Assembly (NCBI GenBank): GCA_951406725.2
Contig: OX597814.1
Coordinates: 24,242,001-24,306,000, forward strand
Length of the DNA: 64,000 nt
Direction of reading: 5' to 3'
Origin: Octopus vulgaris
Taxonomy: Eukaryota
The notes under the pieces are model-generated. The model was not told the DNA's origin, did not search any database, and worked only from the letters and a program-made list of their open reading frames with translations. Shown one piece after another: positions 12,126-27,490 of this stretch. The first letter of the stretch is position 1. Each line of letters starts with the position of its first letter. Position numbers and translations under genes: made by a program.

Positions 12126-15100
12126 GTTTGGGTGTGCTGGGTTTTATCAGTGAAAATAATGACAAAAAATATTCAAAACAACACTAAAATTTAAAATCTA
12201 TGTGCCAGCAGATATTTGTAAACAGCTTCATTTTACATTAACAATTTATCTTTATTCTGATTGACCAATCTACTTTTAGCTTGACTGAATTTCAATTGGA
12301 ACTTTGAAAATTCCTGCTATATAGAGAATTCAACTGAATGTCAAGTTGTCTGAAATTTTCAATAAACTGAAAATATGGCTTGAGAAAGTTAAATGTCATA
12401 CCAAAATAGCATGTATCAGACAATCACCTAGATATCTGTTTTGTAGCTGGCTTACTAGATTTTCTGCATTCGTTTACCTATTCGGATGCTTGTTTTTAAA
12501 ACAAAGTTCAGTTTCAAGGGCAGACACTTGAATTAAGTTTCATATGAAACATCAATGTTTCATTTTATAATGAAGTTACAATTGATATGTAAATATTTTG
12601 ACCTAATTAAATGGTCTTCGATGATAGATGCATTTATAATATAGGAGAGTGGATTAAGTTAAAAAAAAACTTTAATTCAGAACATTTATACAACTGTTTG
12701 TATTTGTTTCATTTAGATGAATCAGTTGATGAGAAGGACACATTTAACATTTCTCTCCAACATTTGCAAGCTGATGGCTGCAGAAAAAAAATAGGTTCAA
12801 AGAAAACAACCTTGAGGACATCGTTGTAGGAGGAGTCGTATTGGTTACTGTGGAAGCTTGAAGCTAGGCTCAATATAGGAGACAAGAGAAGGAGAAATGA
12901 ATGAAATAAGAGTATCTGAATGGAGGTAGGAGAGAAAGTTGGCTCCAGAGAACTGAGGTCAGTGTAGCAGTGATCAGAAAATAGAAAGAGGGAACAACTC
13001 ATCTAGCTGCAGTACCTGAGTGTTGTTGAGATAATTGTTGGTAGTTGAAATATTTTCTGATTCTAAAAACTGTAGTGAAATTTTAAAATTTTAGCTATGT
13101 TAGAGATGCACTTTTACTTGAAAAGATCCTCCATTGATGTCAAAGCCAAATATTTAAAGTGATCTTGAGTGTTAAGTGTTGTTCCTGTTTGGGTGTTCAG
13201 AGGCAGAGTAATATTTTCCAGACAATATAGGCCATGACCAAAACTGCTTTGCCTTTGAGGTCTCTGTTCATCAGTGCCTAGAAATAATGCAGAGGATGCT
13301 TAGGTGAAGAAGATTAGTGGAAATTAAGGTAATACCTGTATACAAGAGTGGAAATTCTAGGGGATGAAGGCAAGTAGTTTGTTAAGATATAAGATGAAGA
13401 GAATGAGAGACATAACTGAGCCTTCAAACATATTCGAACTTTATAGAATGTGGGCCAGTGCTATTTGATGAAAAGATAATGTTTCAAGAGATGAGCGATG
13501 AGTGGAGTGCATATGTGGGCAGTTTCGTCAGGAGATTTGTAAACCATTCATGACTGAAAGCTTTGCTTACATTAAGAATAACAATACTATTGTCATTAGA
13601 TTTCTCAAGTTCTTAAGTCATCTGGTGACTAACATTGGTGAGTAGGTTTCTGGTAGCTGATTTTGCAATAGCTTTACTAGTTATTATTAAGGAGGGAGAA
13701 AGATACAAGACAGGGAAGAAAATGGTTAATGATTGTGTCTATCACTTTTGAGACAACAGTAGAAGTGAAGGCAATAGTTAGATAGACGGTAAGAATATTG
13801 GTGTTGAGAATGTAGCACACTGTAACATGTTTACAAAGTTCAGATTATATCCTTAGAGAGAGGGGAGGGAGAAAGATTGAAAAAGTGTTATGAAGAATGG
13901 GACAAAATTTGGAACATTTTTTGGTGGGGGTCATTTGACGTGACTGGAGGTGCTTTTGCACTTGACATGTACGTGTGCATGATGCAGTGCAGAAGGTTAT
14001 TTCTGGAAGAAATTTACATATGTGCAGTGCAAATTTGGGTACCAGGCAATAGATGCAGGGAAGCTGCACTCAGAACCTTCTACTAATTTCTATGGTATTG
14101 TATCCAAACAAAAAAAATCATATTATATATTTAAACTTACTAGTTTCCACTTTAAGAGGAAGTTGACTTTAAACAGTGCTTACTATATAAAAAGCACAAA
14201 CTATTTGATAGTTTATTTTTATGGATCATGAGAACAATATTATGGTTGATTTACCTGATTAGGCAAATTAGGTATGCTTCATTTATAGACTATTTCATAT
14301 TGTTTAAGTAACTTGATTGCATTGATCTAATCAACCAAATTTGCCAACATAATTTTCTCTATTATCTTGTTATTTTATAGTTGTAATAATTTTCTTTGTG
14401 TTGCCAATTTTCATTTTCTACGGCAATTTTGTTATTATCTTTCCTATTATGAAAACCTATATGGACTTATACAAGTATATATAACTATACAGTAATGTAC
14501 TGCCATTGTGATATTGTTGTTTCTGTTTGAATCTCACTCTGAGTTTGAATTTTATAGCATAACTTTTGGTGACATTATTATGCTTTATAGCAACATAATA
14601 TATTTGTCTTTTGAAATTTTGAACCAGTATAATCACTTGATGAATTTTCTGTTTTTGGCATGGAGAATTTAAAATGAGCATTAAAATTATCTAAAGTAAC
14701 AAAAAAGAAAAAATAACTCAGCATTAGCCATCAAAATATCTTGAAATTAGTGGACATTAGCATGTCAGTTTTTGAAACACTGGAAAATTTGCTATACTAT
14801 AAAAAATATTGACTTCTTGAGCAGTATTAAAATCCAAAAGTCAGAATAGAAATGGAGCTATAATTCTCAACTTAATGGATACTTCAACTTAAATTTGAAG
14901 AAGAGGGAGAATATCAAATCTTATTTAATACCATGTCATAAAAATAGTGACAGACTGGCTCTTATAGCAACTAGCACATATGATGATGAGTCTGTTGTCT
15001 TCCAGTAGATTTTTAGGAACTGATATTCAAATTCTGTTTGAGAAGTTTTAGTTTCCATAAAGTTTCTTTGTAAACTCTGTAAAATATTATTCATTTTAGC

Positions 15101-16344
15101 TCTGCACTACTTAAAGGATGATTTTAGCTACAGATCAATAAACGTAGACCTGTTCCTCAAAATAAATGTTCTTATTACACCCTTCTTCAGTTTAATATGT
15201 TACATTCACATTATTTATATTACATGCAGCTATCATTTCTTTGATATGAGATATATATATATATATCTTCAGAATTTCTCATTCTCTTTTGTTTCTGTCT
15301 TCTTTATTCTTTACAGTAGCATGAAATATATATTGCTTTGAAGTAAAGCAACATCTTTATTGCAGTTCTTATTGGACAGCCCCAGTCATTTCTGAAATAT
15401 CTTGTAACTGCCATTTGGAGCTTGTATATGCTTCACAAATTTGTTCTGGATATATTGTAGACTTTGAGACTATAAATCATTCATACATAATATTACACTA
15501 AGGAAAACTATCCTCCTGGTATGTCACAAATTTCAAACTCTTGATTTCAATCTGGTAAATGATATAAGAATAAAAGTATTTCGTTTCTGAATACTATGTA
15601 CTTTAAAATCAATCGACTTTGCTAAAAAATCTTATGAAACAGGAAGCTTGTTTGAAGTTTCCTTGACTAAATGATTTTATTTTTATTTCTATATCAATGT
15701 AAAATTCTTAGTCAGCAGTTCCATTAAAAATTAAATGCTGGATATAAAATATCTGCTTAACACAAATTTGTTTATACACTTCAATAATCCTAAATTGAAT
15801 AAAACAATAAGAAATATCATGCATTTGTCAAAAGCATTTCATTTTAAAAATCTGACATAATTACATTACAATGTTAAAATGTTTGAAGCAAATTAAATGT
15901 TCCTTTTATATCTTTAGTTTCTTTTTTAAAAGGCTGTTAATATCATTAACAAAGAACAACAGATTCCTTTCCTTAATTATTTAGGCTTTTCCAGAAGCAT
16001 TATGACACTGACATGATTTACTCATTCTTTCTCTTTCACCTCCATGTTGCTAATGATAATCTTACTTTGACAGTAAGTCTAGGAGACAATAAATAATTAT
16101 CAAGTTTTGTCAGGGAAGATCACACAATTTTACATTGATATGATAATATATATTATGTACTTCACTCTGATTGTCAGTTAGAAGAACAGAAACCAGTAAA
16201 GTAATGCACCAGGCAGAAACTGGTAAAATAATTCGGTACCAATGTTTAATTCCCTCACCTATAAGTACATTGGCAAAATAGATTCAACATTATAAATTCT
16301 TTAGAGAAATGTAGTTTCATAGAATATTTTCCCAGTATTTATTA

Positions 16345-16560
16345 TTCTAATTTCTTTATTGCCCACAAGGGGCTAAACATAGAGGGGACAAACAAAGGGA
16401 TTAAGTCGATTACATCGACCCCAGTGCATAACTGGTACTTAATTTATCGACCCCAAAAGGATGAAAGGCAAAGTCGACCTTGGCAGAATTTGAACTCAGA
16501 AGGTAATGGCAGACAAAATACTGCTAATAATTTCGCCCGGCACGTAATCTAATGTTTCTA
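16345..16560 (-). mobile_element. SINE family A
   Basis: tttctttattgcccacaaggggctaaacatagagggg ... aaaggcaaagtcgaccttggcagaatttgaactcag. Confidence 0.9.
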
Positions 16561-16922
16561 TTCTAACAGTTTAATTTTTGTTCCACATACATCCTTTTTC
16601 TGAGTTTGTATAATAGTTTGTAATATTTTTATGAATAAATTTTGTAAATTTTACATGACATGTTTTCTCACATTTTTATTAACAATTGTAAAATTTTATA
16701 TATAAAATATAAATAAAAGTATCGTAGAATAGATAATGTTCATTCTACAGATGTGAATTTATTTCTACTGTTACTAATTTCTTATACCTCTTAGAGGATA
16801 TTCAATTCTATGTATGTTTGCTTTGTAATTAGATGGAGCTGATTGTGGAACTTGGGCAAGTATCTTCTAATATATTGTCTTCTCTAAAAAGTAAATTTTT
16901 GGTAGTGCTTGGGAAAGCGCCT

Positions 16923-16967
<45 letters not shown>
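16923..16967. repeat. (TAG)n microsatellite
   Basis: Directly visible. Confidence 0.95.
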
Positions 16968-18789
16968 AACACCTACAAAAATCATCATTGCTTAAATATA
17001 GAATGCATACAAAAGTCAGTATTACTTGGAACTGCAAGAGTTCTCTGCAAGGTTCTTGAAACATGATCAGTAGACAATTGTCACCTTAGTCTACTGGCTG
17101 TGGACAGCTGACACCTTCTATCACACCCACCAAAATAAGCTGAGAGTTTTCATCAAAATAATAACAATAGTAATAATTGTTACCTGAAATTACCAATACT
17201 TTTGAGAAGAATTTGTGTAGAAGCCCATTCTGTAATGTACATATGTGTACCCAGGTGTGTACACTTTTGTGATATTCATCAGTGAATGATGTAAACATTA
17301 TTGATAAAATCAATAACCTATTGCCTTCAAACACAAACACCTTTTGAAATTCATTTGGCATGTTTTGAACAGATGCTAACTTGGCACTCTTGCCATTAGA
17401 AATGCAGTGATCAAACAATTGGAAACAGTAACCAATATTGCTACTGTTCACAAAATTCAATAGAAAATAGATAAATAACTAAATAAGTCATTCATGAAAA
17501 TATAAAGATAAGTCATTCATGACTATTGATACTTTTGTTGATCATAACTGATTAGTATAGTATTCTGTCACTTTAGTATTCCACTTAAATACTTGCTGTT
17601 AATCACAACTCTGTACTCCGTCATTTATACTCGTATTCCACTGTGATGACAGATTTTAGATCCAAGATTCATGGTACCTAATTGCAATACCTATTCACAG
17701 GATAAGATTTATCACATACTTTGTACAATATATTACTGTTTGTAGTTGTTACATCAGGTAAGTTATTTGCAATTTTTTTTTGACCTTGATCGAAAGGTCA
17801 CTCAAATATTTGAATGAATGACTTGTTACATAGTTTAAACTCATTAGCGGTTTGCTGCACATTATTTACTATTCAAAATTGTTTTTAACTGAGAAAAAAA
17901 TTGAGCAAAATATTCCAGAAGATAAATCCACAATCATCTTGTTTGTTGGTGACCTTTAAAACATTACAATTTTTATGAATTTGAATTTCAGTAGTAAACA
18001 ACTAAAAGTATTAATTCACACAAGAACTACTAGATGATCTTTTGATGCTTCTATATATGTTTATGCTGAATGTTTTGCATAAATACACCAATATCATCAT
18101 CATCATCATTGTTATGAACATTGTCATATTTCATGTAATTCGTTTTATTTGCATATACATTTAGCCTGTGTTTGCACAAGTTAGCTGCTATTATAAAAAT
18201 GTCTTTTACCAACTCCAATGCATCTTACTCTGTTAACTGTAAATTGTTCAGTTAAGTTTTACCTAATATCACTTGTATAGAATTAGAATGGTCAAGTGGG
18301 CTTACATAAAATTGAGGTGGTCAAGTGGGCATGGTATTTGAATAGAGGCTCACAGTATGTGAATTCAAATGTGCATCAGACATCGCTTTAAATTTCTATA
18401 CTGATATTTATTCTGCCTTGTTCCAAATTTATTTTAGCTGCAAGAAAGGAAAAAGCAAAAATTTTATAAACTAACATGAGGCACTTTATACTTTATACAT
18501 TATACTTTAAACTTTATACTTTCGACTTTCATCAGTTTTGACTTTGGTTTTATTATTATCTAGTTTTTATTGTTTATGGTGTATATAATTTTAAGTCAAT
18601 TTCTCGTGTTGTAAGCTGTGTTCGTGGCTTTACAAACAATATACCACGTTAGAATAAGTTTCACATTGCTGATAAGCAGTTATATAAAAATTGTCTGACC
18701 TAAATATCATCTGAAATTTTTTAGATTCAGGGGATTCATTTTTAATCCTTGTGTGACTGCATTTCTAAAGAAATATATTGCCTGTGCAG

Positions 18790-19470
18790 CTCTAAAAGTG
18801 TAGCTGCTAGAATACAAATAGCCTGAGCAAAGTTCAGAGTGCTCCTACCTCTGCTGGTGACAAAGGGCCTCTTGCTCAGGGTAAAATGTAGACTGTATGA
18901 CACGTGTGCAAACAGTCATGCTACATAGTGGTGAAACATGGGCCGTGACTGCTGAGGACATGTGTAAGCTTGCAAGAAATAAAGCTAGTATGCTCCACTG
19001 GATGTATAATGTCAGTGTGCATACATGACAGTGTAAGCGCCCTGAGAGAAAAGTTGAACATAAGCATCAGATGAGGTGTGCAAGAGAGACAACTGTGCTG
19101 GAATGGTTATGTGTTGCATATGGATGAAAGCATGTCACACCCTGTCAGTAGATGGAACTTGTGGAAGAGGTAGACTCAGGAAGATCTGGGATGAGATGGT
19201 AAAGCACGACCTTTGGCACGTAAAAAGCACCATTTGAGCATGATCTATACCAGTATCGTCTGACTAACCCTCGTGCCAGTTGCAAATAAAAAGCTCCCAC
19301 TACACTCTCAGAGTGGTTGGCATTAGGAAGGGCATCCAGCTGTAGAAACTTTGACAGATCAGATTGGAGCATGCTGCAGCCTTCTGGCTTGCCAGCCCTC
19401 AGTCAAACCATCCAACCCATACCAGCATGGAAAGCAGATGTTAAACAACGACGATGATGATGATGAAGAA
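18790..19470 (+). mobile_element. Decayed RTE LINE: ORF C-terminus joined by an internal deletion to the 3' tail
   Basis: Homologous to 48355-48870 (gcaaagttcagag, gaaacatgggccgtgactgctgagga, gtgcaagagagac, ggaagaggtagac). Jumps at about 19213 to tggcacgtaaaaagcacc and ends in (GAT)n. Confidence 0.9.
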
Positions 19471-22280
19471 GAATCTGCAGGATTTAACAAATATTTAATT
19501 TTTAAAAATTTATTGCTACACTGATTTGAAGTGAGTAACAATATCTTAAAACAGTTCTCATATAAAATTATATTGGAAGGTTTTAATTTAAATACAAGCA
19601 CTTAAAAAAGAAAGGTTGATTTTGTAACATAGAATAAGGAATGGTATCAAGAAGATGGGAATCAAAATTGCTAACTGTATGGTGTAGTTCTTCAAATTCA
19701 GTGCTATTTGGTCAATCCAACCAAATATTGTTAAAAGAGAATTTATTTGATACCAAAATAAACTGAAGATGTGTAACCATTGTCTATATGCTAAATAACT
19801 TGTTCTGAGATTATTGATTGTCTTTTTCAAGTAAGCTATCTATAAAATACATTTGGGAAGATGTTGAACCAGTTATGGAAAATACCCAAATCATCTACTA
19901 ATGTTTAATCACAATCCATCATGAGAAAATCTCGGTATAAAATAATTAAAATTGAATGAAACAGTACATAAAATATTCTCAGTAGAGACTTTTACTTTAA
20001 TACAGACATACCTGATATATTTATGGAGTTGAAATTGTGTGATTACTTTGCTATAGTAAATTATGAAATAAATCCAGTTACTCATAGCTTGAAAATATAA
20101 CTTTTAGCCACCAAATAAACTAAAATTGAAAAACAAAATCCACTTGTAGGTTTACCTTATAATTTTGAATATTGATTCTATTTCAGTTTTGACAGTACAG
20201 CTTTCTAATTTGTTATATATTACTGATGTTGTGATTTCTCCAATTCTGAAATGGTAGGGTGGTTTTAACTCAAATTGATTTTATATTTGAAATTTCTGGA
20301 GTGAACTTGATCATGAGAACTATACCTCAAGCAAATTTGCTTGAACAAATTGCATTTTATTTCAAATATAGTTCCAAGGTGAATACACTGCTCCATCGGA
20401 ACCAATGGATATTAGCCCTTTCTAATATTGAACAGAAACCAATATTCTGACCTCTTTGAAGAGATTTTTATTATATATTGAATAACACATTATTTGCTAT
20501 TGGATATTTATTTTAATATAATGTAAATTGTAAATTTTGAATTGAGAATTTGAATATAAATTTCATATTCCTCATATATAATAAGTAGTATGTTATATTT
20601 ACCCTGCATGTAGGTCCTATAACCACAAAGCATAGTTTCCTATTATTTTCTTCACACTGGTCCTTAACCACTCAAAAGCATCTATGAATATTTCTCATGT
20701 AGTTAAAATTATATATAATTCTATATTGCAGACATTTCTTTTACATTTGTCTTGGATTTTTAAAAGTTGTTATTATTACATTATTTAAAAAAAAATAGTA
20801 TCAGCCATAGTTGCTAGGTTCCATTGTTGTTTTTGAGGAATTTAATAATTTGAATTTTTATCTTTAATCTATCAAACTGCTTACTACAATTTGAAATTGA
20901 ATTCAAAAACCAAATCATAGTAAGTAGAACTCCTGCCCATCAGTCAATATTTGTTCTTACATCTATATCAAAAGATTATTTGATGCTAAATGACAGGATA
21001 ATATTAGCAAACCTAAAACTGTTCTTTTCTTCATAGTTTAATCATATAAGTTTTTCACTTGTCTAACTTGCATGCTACTTTTATTTTATTTTATTTTATT
21101 ATTTTTATTGTTATTCATCTAAAACTGATAGTAACTAATTTGTTCTATCTCTACAATATCCGTTGGTAACTGACTAATGTTTATAATTGAAACATGTGCA
21201 CACCTATAAAGGAATTCAGTAAAAGGAATTCAGTATTGAATTGTAGGATAAAAGCAAACTATTCAGATGGAAAAGTGTAACATTAACATACAAAGCCTTG
21301 CAGAATAATGTTTATTACTTTTAGTAAACATTGCCAAAAGCTTTGAGATTGCATTCATATCAATTCTCAAGAGCTACCACATAGTTCTCATAAGAAAATT
21401 ATCTTATGTTGCTTATCTTGCTATAGTTAAAACTTAAGAAGTTAGCAAACAAACTTCTCAAGTATTTGATGCATTTTTGTTTTGCAGGATGGCACATATT
21501 ACATTAAGCATAATGGAAAGCTGGTACAAATTTTCACAATGATAATGTAGTGTTGTTGTAACTGACACACTAACACCTTGCAATGACCGCCTAATTCCAA
21601 GATTACATTCTTTATTATCAATTAGCCAATTTGACAGCAGCTATTTTAGCTGCTTATTTTGTACAGTGATCGCCAATATAAGGTAGCATTAATTATACTG
21701 GCTGCCTTTCTTGTACAGTGATTAGTCAAATTTCATTATATCAAATTAATTATCAGAGAAGTATTCTTGTTAAAAAACAGCTTCACACATAGGTTATTTG
21801 ATTAAAGAAAATCAATTTTAATGGTTCTAGTTTGACACCTTTATTCTCAAACCTCATTGGATTACCTTTTTTTATATTGTGATACTAATGCTGTAATATT
21901 CAGAAGTGGAACATCAAGAAAATTCATTCATTGCTGCTGAAGAAAAGAAATGAAGTTGTGTTGAAGCAGCATAAATGATCAATACACTTTTCTCTGTGTT
22001 CATGAGCCTTCATGCTGTTGCGTTTATTGATTATTTTACCATAAATAAATATGCAGGTATATTATAAATGATAATTAATGAAATATATAAAATGTGTGAA
22101 CGAAAAGCATAATGTAATGCTATTCTAAAAATTTTCAAAATTGTAATTTATAATTAATAAGTTTTTCCATATCAGTTTTTATTATATGTTCCTTAAAAAT
22201 TGTCATATATACAAAGCTAGTTGCAGGCCACAACTTCACTCCTAGATAGCTGAAATTTTATATAGAGTAACATTATTTAA

Positions 22281-22722
22281 TCCTTTAGTACTTAACCCCT
22301 TCATTACTGTATTTATTTTCAGATGCTCTATGTTTCTTTCAATTACTTTAAATATAACAAAGAATTTAGTAAAATAACCTACTTATCATTCAGCCAGTGT
22401 TAGGAACATAAATTGTGACTAAGGTTTGGTGGAAGATTTTAATTCAGAACTTATGAAAACAAGACATTTGTACTACAGAGCCAGGGCCGGTTTCAGCCAG
22501 GTTGGTAATGAAAGGGTTAAACAGGCCATATCTGGCCCAAATATTTTGTCTATTTTATATGCAAACTGGCTTGATGTAGCCTCTCGCATGTAAACTACAA
22601 TATTGTAAAAATAGACAATGATGTCATCGAAATCATGAAGCTATGAGATAAATCATTATTAATTCAAATCAATGGGAATAAATAAGCATTACACTTGACA
22701 GAGTAATCTGAAATCTAAAGGG
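22281..22722. mobile_element. piggyBac-type (TTAA) MITE, outer element
   Basis: TTAA(22277-22280)-tcctttag ... ctaaaggg-TTAA(22723-22726): short TIR with one mismatch and TTAA duplication. Confidence 0.8.
22296..22516. mobile_element. piggyBac-type (TTAA) MITE, inner element
   Basis: TTAA(22292-22295)-ccccttcattac ... gtaatgaaaggg-TTAA(22517-22520): 12-bp TIR with one mismatch. Confidence 0.9.
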
Positions 22723-23755
22723 TTAAGGTCACTAGCTATGCAATATTTTCTGCTACGTTCTAAACTGAATATTTTATGTGTGAAAATATTACAATAAACA
22801 GTGAGAAAATTACCGATTATATATAAAAAATTTGATTTAAAGTACTTTGGTTAGGTAGGCAATATTTTGAAAGAAATTTATTTTTTTAAGAAAATACATG
22901 AAACTCAACTTGAACTAGCTTCTGAATTATTCAGACACAACAATTCTGACTGAAACAACACTCTTGGATAAACTGACGATTATCAGCAATTTTCTTTAAA
23001 GCAATTTTTCCCAATACAGAGAATTCTTTACGTTGTATAATTCATTTTAGTTATTACTAAGCCAGGTACAGTTGACTGCATGTAAGGTAGATGCTAATAA
23101 ATAATTTTAAGGAACTTCTGACTGGTTTAAGCTTCTTAATTATAACAAAAATGCACACACACACACACATGCATGCATGCACACACAGACGCATGTATAA
23201 TTAATAGTGACAGAAGCAGTATTACTACCAGGTGGGTGTTGTGTTAGATCCTCCCTTATGGATTGTGGTGCATAAAAGCCCATGTGTTTGTGTCCCAGCT
23301 GAGTGAGAACCATCTGCTGTGGTTGCCAGAACTGCCATATGACATGATTTTGGCCTTCTTTAACCTTGTCAATGGCAGACGTCCAGCTAGATGTAGCAGC
23401 CGAATCTGCCATCAGTAACGTATAGAATCTCAATGACTTTACAGGTACTGGTGTTGCAAATAGTCAGTGGGCTTATTAAAAATAATCACTTGCAACAGAA
23501 GCAACATCAGTGCCAAAACGTAATCTACATCTCCAACTTAACATGGATGTTGTGTTAGATCAGAGAATACTGCATTATTTAACATGTGAAGATCTCTTTT
23601 ATGAACTTGTGTTGCAGAAAACATTTGTGTTTATACGACTGCTCAGCAAGAACCATGTGCTACAAGCACTAAAACAGCCAAATCACATGATTTAAGCCTT
23701 CTTTGGTCAAGTTAGTTCTAACTTGTGATATGTGTGTGTGTGTGTGTGTGTATGC

Positions 23756-23789
<34 letters not shown>

Positions 23790-23791
<2 letters not shown>

Positions 23792-23980
23792 TAGAAGGTT
23801 TGCAGATGAGGTACAGGTATTATATATTAGAAGAAATGAGGTACTTAGAAATTCTGGATGGCTTTATATTTACAGATTTTTATTAATATGTCACATGTTT
23901 TTATAAATCATATATTAGCGCTTGCATCCACTCTTGCGGATTCTTCAGATTTGAATTTTTTGAGGAGATTCGTCGCTTTT
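23790..23980 (-). mobile_element. Short Penelope-like terminal fragment with a decayed hammerhead motif
   Basis: Lies beside (TA)n; minus strand reads CTGAAGA-ATCCGC-AAGA-GTGGAT-GCAA-GCGC-TA. Confidence 0.4.
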
Positions 23981-25385
23981 TATAGTATTATTGAGTGTGT
24001 AGCATTATTGTATAGCATTATTTTATAGTATTTTATAGTATTATTGTATATATATATATATATATACTCACACACACTCATGCAAACATGTGTGTGTGTG
24101 TGATCATCTTCATCATCATTTAGTGTCTGTCTTCCATGCTGGCACAAGTTGAAACTTACTGTGAATATGTCTTTTAACTTATGATATATATATATGTAGA
24201 ATATAATATCCACTATATTTATATGTATAAGTATATATATGCATGTGTGTATATATGTGTGTGTGTTTGCAAGTGTGTGTATGTAAATATATATATGTAG
24301 ATAGACAAATCTACCTTAGTACTTATTTTTTAAATGTGGTTTTTATTCTGTTGGGTTCTTTTGCTTAACTGCTAAGTTATGGGGACCTAAACGAGCCAGC
24401 ACTGGGACAAACAGAAACACAAAGTTAAACAGGAACACATGTATGTACATATACAAATATAAAGGGCTTCTACATAGCTCCTTTCAACCAAATTCATTCA
24501 CAATGCTTTGGTTGGCCTGAGCTTCTTAATAACACAGCCTTATATACACCACATGTTTGTTTTCATTATTTTTTAATAAATGTTTTAAATTTTGTTGTTT
24601 TAAATTCTTGTAGAAGAGATTAGTTGTTGTATCAAGACAGTTTTATTGAAAGGCAAAAATGCCTCCTTGTCAATTAAGGGCAAGGCGTGTTTCAAAATAT
24701 TTCTAAGTGTAGAAATTTGTTGAAACATTTTTGATAATGAAGAAATGAGATTCAATGTAGAAATTTTCCTGTCACAATCCGGATTTGCACTTATAGCATA
24801 AACATTTATTTGTGTGGACAGTCTAGAGCTTCTTTCATCTTCTTTATAGAACCACTGTCAGCATCATCTATACAATTACCATCACCATCATAATTGTGTT
24901 GTTATTGTCATTATCATTAACACTACTTCCTTGTTTATTTTCTCTTTATCTGAAGGTTTTTTGTCTTTTTACTTTACATTTTCTTCTCGGTTATGGAGAG
25001 TGAACTGAAAGTATGAAAGTGAATTATTTGGGTCAACATGATTAAATCAAAAAGAGGTGATAGTATATAGCCAACAGACTCTTAAAGCACTCTCCCCATA
25101 ATGTAGTCTTGATTGACTTCCTTTGATCTTTCCTTCAAAAAAAGGATTAAAATTCTTCCCCTACATTCCCCTTTCATATTACTAATCAAATACTGGCTGC
25201 TGCCTGCTGGTCTTAAGGAATCTCTTACTTCTCAAATCTCCCAAATTAAATTTGTAGTCAAACATCAGCTGCACCAAAATTAGAAGTCGCAAGAAACTGT
25301 TTGTTATACACAAACTTTATTTTGCACAGCATATAGTATTCAAAGAGTGTAGACAACTTGCTTTTGCTTTTAATGTTCTTATTTT

Positions 25386-25676
25386 TCTTTCTTCTTCTTC
25401 TTCTTCTTCTTCTTCATCATTTTCTTCTTCTCCTTCTTCTTCTTCTTCTTCTTCATTTTCTTCTTCTTCATTTTCTTCATTTTCTTCTTCTTCATTTTCT
25501 TCTTCTTCATTTTCTTCTTCATTTTCTTCTTCTTCATTTTCTTCTACTTCTTCATTTTCTTCTTCTTCATTTTCTTCTTCTTCATTTTCTTCTTCATTTT
25601 CTTCTTCTTCATTTTCTTCTTCTTCTTCTTCTTCTTCTTCTTCATTTTCTTCTTCTTCTTCTTCTTCTTCTTCTTC
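25386..25676. repeat. (TTC)n / TTCATTTTC polypyrimidine repeat
   Basis: Directly visible; the source of the poly-E and poly-L ORFs. Confidence 0.95.
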
Positions 25677-25795
25677 CACATATCCTCTCTTACTATTCCC
25701 CTTCTCTTCTTTCACACCTTTTCCACCCCCATTATTCTCTTCTCAATTCAAGTTTTCCCTTTTTTACAATATTAATATTATTATTATCATCATCA

Positions 25796-25827
<32 letters not shown>

Positions 25828-26230
25828 GTTGTTGTTGTTGTTGTTGTTGCCTTCACACATTACATTTCTTCCTCCATCATAGCTACCTGCCTACCAACTT
25901 CTATCTTTACCATTGTGAAAATATTTCAAGAATGTCACTGACAGTCAAATCTTAAAAATAGTGAGGGAGGTGCTTCTGTGTATTAGCATTTCGCTCTTGT
26001 ACATATGATTATATGTGCAGAAGTATATAGTTGATACATTTCCTATTGCAAGATTTAAAATTTAAATATAAGCTAAAATATAAAATAATAAAACTCTATT
26101 TAAAGCATGCTTGTAAAAGTTATCATGTGAATACTTGCTAATGCACAGGCACATAATGTAGTGCTTACTTGTCACCACAAGTATTTTCACGATTATGCTA
26201 GTCACACATACAAACACATACACTTACACA

Positions 26231-27490
<1,260 letters not shown>

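Noticed and set aside
12720-14060. Possible very old Penelope-like relic on the minus strand
   Set aside because: Only faint compositional and motif hints; too decayed to call by eye.
17086-17460. 124-aa minus-strand ORF
   Set aside because: No recognisable motif, starts at a non-ATG codon and has low-complexity segments; compatible with chance.
17701-17763. Strong donor CAG|GTAAGT at 17758, and isolated splice-like sites near 27855-27916, 28295-28335 and 51833
   Set aside because: I could not join them into a phase-consistent coding gene. A spliced non-coding or UTR transcript cannot be excluded without RNA-seq.
25317-25882. Poly-Glu (132 aa) and poly-Leu (174 aa) ORFs
   Set aside because: Both are translations of the (TTC)n repeat, with no evident exon context.
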